A stretch of 55,617 nucleotides of DNA, taken from an uncultured Pseudomonadales bacterium (GTDB lineage: Bacteria > Patescibacteriota > Microgenomatia > UBA1400 > PJMF01). The DNA lies in the NCBI GenBank assembly GCA_964556485.1, contig CAZKVV010000004.1:1-55617 (forward strand). Direction: 5' to 3'. This document shows positions 48,236-55,617 of this stretch, one piece after another. A program made the position numbers and the translations under genes. The notes beneath the pieces are model-generated. The model searched no databases and had not been told where the DNA came from. It saw only the letters and a program-made list of their open reading frames with translations. Each line of letters opens with the position of its first letter. Positions within the stretch are counted from its first letter, which is position 1.

Positions 48236-50422
48236 ATGGGAAGAAAAAAGAAATTTAGTCCACTGAAGCTTTCTCTAAAACCAGAGACAATTCATGCAAT
48301 CCTGGGCATAGTTTTTGTGCTTGTAGGATTATTGGTTATTGTCTCGTTTACGGGTCAAGGCAGTGCGCTCTCATGGCTCAATGATCTCCTCAAGCAAAAA
48401 CTAGGTTTATCAACCTTGTTTATTCCATTCGTGATGATTTCGGCCGGGATGATGCTATTTCAAACCAAATGGGCCTGGTCCAAGCCAAATGTGCTACTGG
48501 GGGCTTTGCTGATTTTCTTTGGCGTTCTTGGAGTTGGTAAAACAGGCGCGATTGGTCAACAAGTATTTTTGAACGTCGCGGATTTAATTTCACCAGTTGG
48601 TGCATTTTTATTCTTTACTGCAGTTGCTGTGAGTGGGTTCTTTGTGGTAACTCAGTTCTCAGTGACCGAGTTGTTTGAGCTAAAAGCTGTACTTTTCCCA
48701 GCAAAATTTGACAAGTCTGGTAAAACAGTAAAAGAAGAGGCTAAGCAAAAAGATGAGATTGCTGCAGCTAAAGGCTTCACTTTACCCAAGTTGGCTTTGC
48801 CTTTTGGTAAGAAAGACACATCGTTTAGTATTAATCCTCATACAGATGCAGTCCAACCTGCAGAGGATGAAGCAACTGGTACTGCAGTTGCAGGTGTTCC
48901 TCCAACTCCTCAAGTAAAATCGGGTGAGATTGATATCAATGAAACCATTCTTCAACCCAACACTACTCAAATGATTTGGGAGTATCCACCGCTATCACTG
49001 CTTTCTAATTCAGAAGGTGGCGAAGCAAATAGAGGTGACGTCAAGCATAATGCCGATGTTATTGAAGCAACACTCGAATCTTTTGGAATTAAAGCAAAAG
49101 TTGCTGAGGTTAATTTTGGTCCATCAGTTACTCAATATGCATTGGAAATTTCTCGAGGCACTAAGCTTTCAAAGATCACTGGTTTAGCGACTGATATGGC
49201 TTTGGCATTGGCCGCACCAGGCGGTCAGGTGCGTATTGAAGCTCCGATTGCTGGGAGATCATTAGTTGGTGTAGAGGTTCCAAACTATTCTGCGCAGTAT
49301 GTGACGTTAAAGAAGATGCTGGGTAGTAAGGCGATGAAGCAGCATCCATCTAAGTTGGCAACGGCACTTGGTATTAACGTTGCAGGTAAACCAGTAATTA
49401 TGGACATTTCTAAAATGCCTCATTTGCTTATTGCTGGTGCTACTGGTTCAGGTAAGTCTGTTGCAGTTAACACCTTTTTGATGTCCATGTTGTTTAGATC
49501 AAGTCCAAGCGAAGTTAAGTTTATTTTGGTCGATCCTAAGCGCGTGGAACTAACTGGATATAATGACATTCCTCATCTCCTGGTTCCAGTGATTGTCGAG
49601 CCTAAAAAGGTGGTTTCTGCACTTAAATGGGCCACTCATGAAATGGATCGTCGCTACAAGCAGTTGGCTGAAGTTGGTGTTAGAAACATTACGGGCTTTA
49701 ATGAGTTGGCAGGCTATGCAGCAATGCCGAATATCGTCATTATCATTGATGAATTAGCAGATATTATGCTGTTTGCACCAAGTGAAGTTGAAGAAAGTAT
49801 TACTCGCATTGCGCAGATGGCACGTGCGGTTGGTATTCATTTGGTGTTGGCAACTCAACGACCTTCTGTTGATGTTATCACTGGTTTGATCAAAGCAAAC
49901 ATTCCAGGAAGAATTTGCTTTAATGTATCATCTATGACAGATTCGCGTGTGGTTCTAGACTCACCAGGTGCTGAAAAGTTGTTGGGTAAGGGTGATATGT
50001 TATTTTTGCCTCCAGATCAAGCTAAGCCAATGCGTTTGCAAGGTACCTACGTTTCTGATCAAGAAATTAAATCGCTCATCGACTTTATTAAAGCACAGGG
50101 GCAAGCTCCAAACTATGAAGAAGACATCACCACGAAGTATAAGGTTGGTGAAGGTGGCAACGCGGGGGCTTCTGCATTAGATGATAAAGATGAGCTCTTC
50201 GACGATGTCGTTGATTTTGTCGCTCAACAACAAAAAGGTTCATCCTCACTTATTCAGAGAAGATTTTCAGTAGGATATAATCGAGCTGCACGCATTCTAG
50301 ACCAACTCTATATAGCAGGCATGGTTGGTCCTCAAGATGGCAGCAAACCCAGAGATGTGATTATGCAAGCAATTGCAGAGTATAAATCTAAGCGTGCTGG
50401 TCAACATACGTCAGAGTCGTAA
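48236..50422 (+). CDS. ftsK: DNA translocase FtsK/SpoIIIE
   Basis: 4-TM N-terminus, HLLIAGATGSGKS, IDELAD, LATQRPSVDV, GAEKLLGKGDML, gamma domain GYNRAAR. Confidence 0.97.
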   Translation: MGRKKKFSPLKLSLKPETIHAILGIVFVLVGLLVIVSFTGQGSALSWLNDLLKQKLGLSTLFIPFVMISAGMMLFQTKWAWSKPNVLLGALLIFFGVLGVGKTGAIGQQVFLNVADLISPVGAFLFFTAVAVSGFFVVTQFSVTELFELKAVLFPAKFDKSGKTVKEEAKQKDEIAAAKGFTLPKLALPFGKKDTSFSINPHTDAVQPAEDEATGTAVAGVPPTPQVKSGEIDINETILQPNTTQMIWEYPPLSLLSNSEGGEANRGDVKHNADVIEATLESFGIKAKVAEVNFGPSVTQYALEISRGTKLSKITGLATDMALALAAPGGQVRIEAPIAGRSLVGVEVPNYSAQYVTLKKMLGSKAMKQHPSKLATALGINVAGKPVIMDISKMPHLLIAGATGSGKSVAVNTFLMSMLFRSSPSEVKFILVDPKRVELTGYNDIPHLLVPVIVEPKKVVSALKWATHEMDRRYKQLAEVGVRNITGFNELAGYAAMPNIVIIIDELADIMLFAPSEVEESITRIAQMARAVGIHLVLATQRPSVDVITGLIKANIPGRICFNVSSMTDSRVVLDSPGAEKLLGKGDMLFLPPDQAKPMRLQGTYVSDQEIKSLIDFIKAQGQAPNYEEDITTKYKVGEGGNAGASALDDKDELFDDVVDFVAQQQKGSSSLIQRRFSVGYNRAARILDQLYIAGMVGPQDGSKPRDVIMQAIAEYKSKRAGQHTSES

Positions 50423-50441
50423 GCTTTGACAGAAAGGATAT

Positions 50442-51458
50442 ATGAAAACTAGTTCCTCAAAAGGAAGGCAGCTTGCCATAGGATTAGTGATCATTGCTGT
50501 TTTGGCATTGGTTACTACCTTTGCAACAAAGCTATTTTCTGGTTATCAGATGGGCACTATGTATGGGGATGCAAGTGTGATTTCATCTCATCAGATGATG
50601 GAAGAAGCCATTGAGCCAAGTAGTTACGTGGGCAGCGAAATGGGGATGGGAGGAAGTAATTCTAAGATGGCATACCAAGCTACTGATAGCTACATGATGC
50701 CACCGGTCTATCCAGGGTATGACGATTATTCACTCTCCGTTGAAAGTCGTTTGTATGAACGGTATGCAGACTTTTCAGTCATTACTAAAGATGTCCAGGG
50801 GTATTTGCGAGCCATACGTGAGTATGTACTCAGTGTAAATGGAGTAGTAATTTCTGATTCATATAGTAATTCAAATGAATATAAATCTGGATCGTTGTAC
50901 GTCAAAGTTCCGGTGGAGTCATTTGAACAAGCAACAGCGCGCGCAGTAGAAGGTGTTAAAGAAGTATATAGCAGTAATATTAGCTCGAGCGATGTGACTG
51001 GTATGCACCAGAATATATCAGAAATGGTTTCGAACATTGAAGAAGAGTTGACTATGGTTAAGGCTCAGCTGTCTGATGCGCAACTCAGTTTGTCAAAAGT
51101 TGAAGAAGGTTCAGCACTTTGGAGACAGTACCGTAATGAGGTGCTTTCTTTTGAGAGAACCATCCGCAATTTAGAAAAGCAGTTGGAAAATTACAAACAG
51201 AATGCTGAATCAGTTGAAACTCAAGCTGAGTATGCAACCATAAATATTACGGCTGCAGATAACAAGCGCTATTACGAGCCAATGCCTTACTATACTGGTG
51301 GTAGCAGTTTGTGGTATCACTTTGAAAATGCAAGAGCTTCACTAGGACAGTTTGGATACACCGCGTCTGTGTTCATAGTCTGGTTTTTGGTCTATGCAGT
51401 TGTATGGATGCCGGCATTAGTGTTGTTTAGATTAATTAAGAGAAAACTTTCTCATTAA
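50442..51458 (+). CDS. DUF4349-like membrane-anchored protein
   Basis: N-terminal TM, VKVPVE, DVT plus coiled coil, YATINI, C-terminal TM. Confidence 0.65.
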   Translation: MKTSSSKGRQLAIGLVIIAVLALVTTFATKLFSGYQMGTMYGDASVISSHQMMEEAIEPSSYVGSEMGMGGSNSKMAYQATDSYMMPPVYPGYDDYSLSVESRLYERYADFSVITKDVQGYLRAIREYVLSVNGVVISDSYSNSNEYKSGSLYVKVPVESFEQATARAVEGVKEVYSSNISSSDVTGMHQNISEMVSNIEEELTMVKAQLSDAQLSLSKVEEGSALWRQYRNEVLSFERTIRNLEKQLENYKQNAESVETQAEYATINITAADNKRYYEPMPYYTGGSSLWYHFENARASLGQFGYTASVFIVWFLVYAVVWMPALVLFRLIKRKLSH

Positions 51459-51480
51459 TTCTTCTTATGAAGTTATTGAA

Positions 51481-51510
51481 GGGGGGGTCGCAAATGCGGC
51501 CCCCACTTTT
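51481..51510 (+). terminator. Intrinsic terminator
   Basis: GGGGGTCGCA-AA-TGCGGCCCCC followed by ACTTTT. Confidence 0.8.
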
Positions 51511-51537
51511 ACTTGCTTGGTCTGCTATACTAGCCGA

Positions 51538-52476
51538 ATGTCTCGAATTTTAGAAGTTACCGATCTTGTTAAGATATACCCCTCAGAAAAAAAAGGTGGT
51601 GAGCCTTTTGCTGCGGTAAAGGGGATTTCCTTTGGTCTTGAAGAAGGTCAAATCTTAGGATTATTGGGTCCCAATGGCGCTGGAAAATCTACGACAATTT
51701 CAATGCTCCTGGGTAATTTGACGCCAACTTCAGGAACTATTAAGTATTTTGGCAAAGACTTCAGCGAGCATAAGAGTGATATTTTAGAAACGGTAACTTT
51801 TGCGAGTACCTACATTCGCATGCCATGGCGTTTAACCGTTATGGAAAATTTGCAGATTTACGCAATGCTCTATGGCGTTAGCGGCGATTTGTTTGTTTCT
51901 CGAGCCAAAAAATTCTTAGATTTCTTTGAAGTGTGGTCGCAACGAAATAAAACCATGAATCAGCTTTCAGCTGGTCAGGTCACTCGAATTATGTTAGCAA
52001 AAGCATTTATTCCTCATCCAAAAGTGGTGTTACTTGATGAACCAACTGCTTCACTCGATCCTGATATTGCTCACCAAGTACGTGATTTTGTGCGGATGCA
52101 GCAGGCAGAATATCAAACGAGTGTGCTCTATACTTCTCACAATATGGATGAAGTTGCCGATTTATGTGACAGCGTAATGTTCTTAAAGGGTGGCGAAATT
52201 ATTGCTCACGATACACCAGAAAAGTTAGCAAATTCAGTTTCAACAGCTAAGATGACCATTAGAATTAAGGATGGACTCAAGCGAGTCACGCGCTTTGCCA
52301 GTGAACTATCCCTGGAATTAGCAGTGGTAGGCAGAGACGCTACATTGACCATTGATGAACAACAGGTTGCAGAGTTTCTTCGCAAGTTAGCTGACGAGAA
52401 GATTACCTACACCCAAATCAGTATCGATAAACCCACGCTCGAAGATTACTTTTTAAGTATGGCAGGAAAGAAATAA
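51538..52476 (+). CDS. ABC-2-type exporter ATPase (NodI-like)
   Basis: GPNGAGKST, LSAGQ, LLDEPT, TSH. Confidence 0.95.
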   Translation: MSRILEVTDLVKIYPSEKKGGEPFAAVKGISFGLEEGQILGLLGPNGAGKSTTISMLLGNLTPTSGTIKYFGKDFSEHKSDILETVTFASTYIRMPWRLTVMENLQIYAMLYGVSGDLFVSRAKKFLDFFEVWSQRNKTMNQLSAGQVTRIMLAKAFIPHPKVVLLDEPTASLDPDIAHQVRDFVRMQQAEYQTSVLYTSHNMDEVADLCDSVMFLKGGEIIAHDTPEKLANSVSTAKMTIRIKDGLKRVTRFASELSLELAVVGRDATLTIDEQQVAEFLRKLADEKITYTQISIDKPTLEDYFLSMAGKK

Positions 52477-52478
52477 TC

Positions 52479-53267
52479 ATGAAATGGCATAGGATTAACG
52501 CGCTTTTCTTGCGACACTTATACCCTCTCAAACGTGATTTTGATTTGTTGTCAGATATGATTTACTGGCCACTTATCGACACCGTATTGTGGGGTGTGAC
52601 AGGACAGTGGTTAAGTAGTAATGCAGCTGATGGTGGCGCAACTTTATTAGTTTCGATTTTACTGGGATTAGTCCTGTGGAATGTGATTTGGCGCTCTCAA
52701 GCTGAAGTTTCTCGTAATTTAATGGATGAAATTTGGAATAATAATTTGATTAATTTATTCTCAACACCACTGACGGTGCCGGAATGGTTAATCTCGGTGT
52801 TATTACTTTCCATGGTGAAAACGGTGATCACATTAACTTTGTTAGTTCCGGTGATTTTCTTTTTGTATGCCATCAATGTATTCCAACTTGGCTGGTGGTT
52901 GCCTGTCTTTTTCCTCGGCACCACAATGACAGGCTGGTGGATTGGCTTTATTTCAGCAGGCATTGTGCTTCGTTATGGTCCAAAGATGCAGACGGTTATC
53001 TGGACATTACCCGGAATTCTGTTGCCATTTAGTGCCATTTACTTTCCGCTCGATAGATTACCAGAAGTCATTCAACCAATAAGCAGGATCCTTCCAACAA
53101 CTTACATTTTTGAAGTAATGCGACAGTTAGTATATGGACAGCCAGTCCAAATAGAGTACATGTTCTACAGTTTTGCGCTTAACATTTTGTATGTTGGCCT
53201 CACATTGGTTTATTTTGCAAAAAGCTTTAAATACAGTTGCAATCTTGGTTTAGGTCGTTTTAATTAG
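52479..53267 (+). CDS. ABC-2-type permease
   Basis: Six TMs, YWPLID, FPLDRLP..LPTTY. Confidence 0.9.
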   Translation: MKWHRINALFLRHLYPLKRDFDLLSDMIYWPLIDTVLWGVTGQWLSSNAADGGATLLVSILLGLVLWNVIWRSQAEVSRNLMDEIWNNNLINLFSTPLTVPEWLISVLLLSMVKTVITLTLLVPVIFFLYAINVFQLGWWLPVFFLGTTMTGWWIGFISAGIVLRYGPKMQTVIWTLPGILLPFSAIYFPLDRLPEVIQPISRILPTTYIFEVMRQLVYGQPVQIEYMFYSFALNILYVGLTLVYFAKSFKYSCNLGLGRFN

Positions 53268-53308
53268 GTGCATGTTTTTCGTGTTTCTGCTGTGGTACTA
53301 TGAAGTAT

Positions 53309-54574
53309 ATGCAAGAAATCCTTCCTGATGCTTCCGAGCAATCACAATCAAACTTCGCCTTTGTTCCTAAGAAGAATTCGCCGTTATTAGTGGTCTATGG
53401 TCTGGGAATTGTGTTGCTGATCTTGCTTTTTGCCAAGAGTTACAGCTTTTTTATGTCTGGTAAGGATGTGGAGTCGCCAGAAACTGACGTAGCTGTTGTT
53501 GCTTCACCAGAACTTGCAACTGATTCTGAATCAACCTCACTGGCAACTATTACTGACAGTGACAGTCCTGCAGGTGCTGGTACCACTAACAGTGCACTTG
53601 TACCTGTAACCAGTAAGTATCGTGCATATACCCATGTTGGTAAGGATGGCATTTTACAAGTTGTGCCTATTGATGTTGCAGATGCACCATATGCCGCAAC
53701 TAAGTATGGGACAGTGTATGGTGGTGGTAGTTTGGGCCAAGGTTCATCTGGTCCAGAATTAGCACCAGACATGCAAAAATTTGCATTTGCTCGTGAAGGC
53801 GTTCTCAAACTTGTAAGTGTGGATGGTGCCACAGAGCGTGTTATTCCACTTGCAAATGTTGAATATGTTACAGGCTGGTCTCCAGACAGTTCTAAAATGA
53901 TTGCCTACGTTTCATCAAAAAGTATTGAAAACCTTTTCGCACAAGGTGGCCCAGGATCTCCAGTTAAACTTGAAGTTACAGTTGATCTCACACAGCCAAC
54001 TGGCGGTTTTTATCTCATCGATTTCAACAAAAACACTCTTCGACATATGTCAGAGCTAGATGGAATGTTAGTGCATTCATGGGTTGATGCTGATTCTCTT
54101 ATTATTTCTGATGGGGCAGGTCAATATGAAAACTTTATGTACTACAACCTGGCAACGCAAAAGGTGAGTACAGAGACTGTTAAGAAACTTAATGATGTAT
54201 TTGGTCATCAAATGTCCTTTTCAGCAAATGGCAGCAAGTGGTCAACGGTAACGTCTGTGATAAAAAATAACCTTGATAAGGCACAGATAACTATGGGTAA
54301 CTTTCCTAACTTTGGAGATATTGCCCGCATTGAAGTGCCATGGGCTCGCAAACAAGGTCCAGTTATGTCGCCTAGTGGTGATAAAGTTGCAATTTGGGGT
54401 TCACCTGGAGATGGTACAGTCGGTGATGTCTATATTTATCGTGGTACCACTTTGGACTATGTTGCAAAAGGCAGGCCATCACGATGGATAGATAACGATA
54501 GATTAGTATTTGTGAATGAAGATGCTGTGTACACGTACAACTTTGCAACTAGTGAGACGAAGCAGCTAAAATAG
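53309..54574 (+). CDS. Membrane-anchored TolB/PD40-like beta-propeller
   Basis: N-terminal TM, Ser/Thr linker, repeats LAPDMQKFAF, WSPDSSKM, FSANGSKW, MSPSGDKVA. Confidence 0.7.
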   Translation: MQEILPDASEQSQSNFAFVPKKNSPLLVVYGLGIVLLILLFAKSYSFFMSGKDVESPETDVAVVASPELATDSESTSLATITDSDSPAGAGTTNSALVPVTSKYRAYTHVGKDGILQVVPIDVADAPYAATKYGTVYGGGSLGQGSSGPELAPDMQKFAFAREGVLKLVSVDGATERVIPLANVEYVTGWSPDSSKMIAYVSSKSIENLFAQGGPGSPVKLEVTVDLTQPTGGFYLIDFNKNTLRHMSELDGMLVHSWVDADSLIISDGAGQYENFMYYNLATQKVSTETVKKLNDVFGHQMSFSANGSKWSTVTSVIKNNLDKAQITMGNFPNFGDIARIEVPWARKQGPVMSPSGDKVAIWGSPGDGTVGDVYIYRGTTLDYVAKGRPSRWIDNDRLVFVNEDAVYTYNFATSETKQLK

Positions 54575-54599
54575 GCATAGGTATGGCATAATACCAACT

Positions 54600-55617
54600 G
54601 TGCCTCGCATAATTAAGCTCTATTATTTACAACGTTTTTTTCATCATCTCAATTTTTTTTGGGCTATTGATAAACTTTTTTTTGCTAGTAATGGGATGAA
54701 TCCATTTCAGATCAGCATTATCCTGGCTGTTTGGAGCGCGTATGTTCTGATCTTCGAGATTCCATCTGGTGCTCTTGCAGATAAATGGAGTCGTCGCTGG
54801 GTGATGACGATAGGTTCAGTATTCCATACGTTATCCTATGTAGTTTGGTATTTTGCTGAGGGTTTTTGGGGATTTTTAATTGGTTATTTGGTTCGAGGTA
54901 CCGGAGGATTTCTACAATCAGGAACACGTGAGGCATTAGTATATGATCATTTGAAGGCTATTAATCAAGCTGATAAATATGAAAAGTACACTGGTGGATT
55001 ATGGATTGTCACAACTCTGGCATTTTTGAGTGCAAGTATTTTTTCAGGGTATTTATCCGATACGTTCTCATTTGGAGTAGTGATTTTGTTGACAGTTCTT
55101 ACTAATACTATCTCGACTATTTTTACAGCCATGATGCCTGAAGCACCAAGAAATAAAAGTACAGAGGAAACAACGTATTTTACATTTTTGAAGTCAGCCT
55201 GGAATACTGCAATGAAAAATCCACTCCTATTGCAGGCCTTATTTTATACAATGACAGTTTTAGTTGTAGATGGAGTGCTAGATGAATATGACCAACTGTA
55301 TGTTACTGCTCTTGGTCTGCCATTAGTTGGAATTGGAGTTTGGTGGATACTTAGAATGTCTGCAGAAATGCTTGCTGGTTTACTAGCGCATAAATTAAAA
55401 GTATTGGGAAGAGATAGGGTACTGGAATCGATTGCAGTTATTACTTTCCTTTTATTACTTGTGGCTAGCTTTGTTAATTCACTGCTCATGATTGGCGTGT
55501 TAGCGGTATGTTTTTTCTTTTTCTCAGTGGCTGTAATTTTAAATGAAGGTAGATTGCAAGCACTCATACGTTCGCACGAAAGAGCTACCATTAACTCAAT
55601 TAATGCTTTTGCAAAAG
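54600..55617 (+). CDS. MFS transporter, partial (runs off the window; absent from the ORF track)
   Basis: Open frame from GTG54600: VPRIIKLYYLQRFF...FEIPSGALADKWSRR...SGTREALVYD...; no stop before the window end. Confidence 0.9.
   Translation, partial: MPRIIKLYYLQRFFHHLNFFWAIDKLFFASNGMNPFQISIILAVWSAYVLIFEIPSGALADKWSRRWVMTIGSVFHTLSYVVWYFAEGFWGFLIGYLVRGTGGFLQSGTREALVYDHLKAINQADKYEKYTGGLWIVTTLAFLSASIFSGYLSDTFSFGVVILLTVLTNTISTIFTAMMPEAPRNKSTEETTYFTFLKSAWNTAMKNPLLLQALFYTMTVLVVDGVLDEYDQLYVTALGLPLVGIGVWWILRMSAEMLAGLLAHKLKVLGRDRVLESIAVITFLLLLVASFVNSLLMIGVLAVCFFFFSVAVILNEGRLQALIRSHERATINSINAFAK

Noticed and set aside
3384-55591. Numerous 60-140 aa antisense or alternate-frame ORFs in the track (e.g. 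9065-9433, 40170-40604, 55244-55591)
   Set aside because: They lie within well-supported genes and have no motifs or start signals; they are shadow ORFs.
1-55617. CRISPR array, IS element, prophage or rRNA
   Set aside because: No regularly spaced direct repeats, transposase or phage motifs, or rRNA signatures were seen.

Overview
Bacterial chromosomal segment in genetic code 11 (TGA is used as a stop). Gene content and style suggest Patescibacteria (CPR), probably Microgenomatia; this is inference, not a database result. About 55 genes are present and all but 3-4 lie on the + strand. The core genes are a truncated tRNA-Met(CAT), a Xer-type recombinase, trpS, ftsH, a stand-alone Pol I 5'-3' nuclease, hrcA-grpE-dnaK-dnaJ with CIRCE operators, nusA-infB-rpsO-pnp, Mn-SOD, a full SUF cluster with FNR/ferredoxin/DsbA/SufT neighbours, rpiB-rpe, family-4 UDG, RNase J, FtsK, an ABC-2 exporter and a partial MFS. 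Single-gene accessory cassettes are interspersed. No CRISPR array, rRNA, IS element or prophage is supported. The most notable observations are: (1) a Lon AAA+ module with no N-domain, no protease domain and no aromatic pore loop; (2) a cysteine-free family-4 UDG in a genome that keeps SUF; (3) a LacD-type aldolase lacking its Schiff-base Lys; (4) a roughly 157-nt rod-like, G-U-rich RNA behind a strong promoter (6S-like or leader); (5) two divergent surface proteins with Chloroflexota-like (Y/F)LPxI motifs; (6) ten genes with a -10 box 6-7 nt before the start codon (leaderless), alongside a non-canonical initiator tRNA and a minimal IF2. All family calls come from motif recognition by eye and need HMM confirmation.
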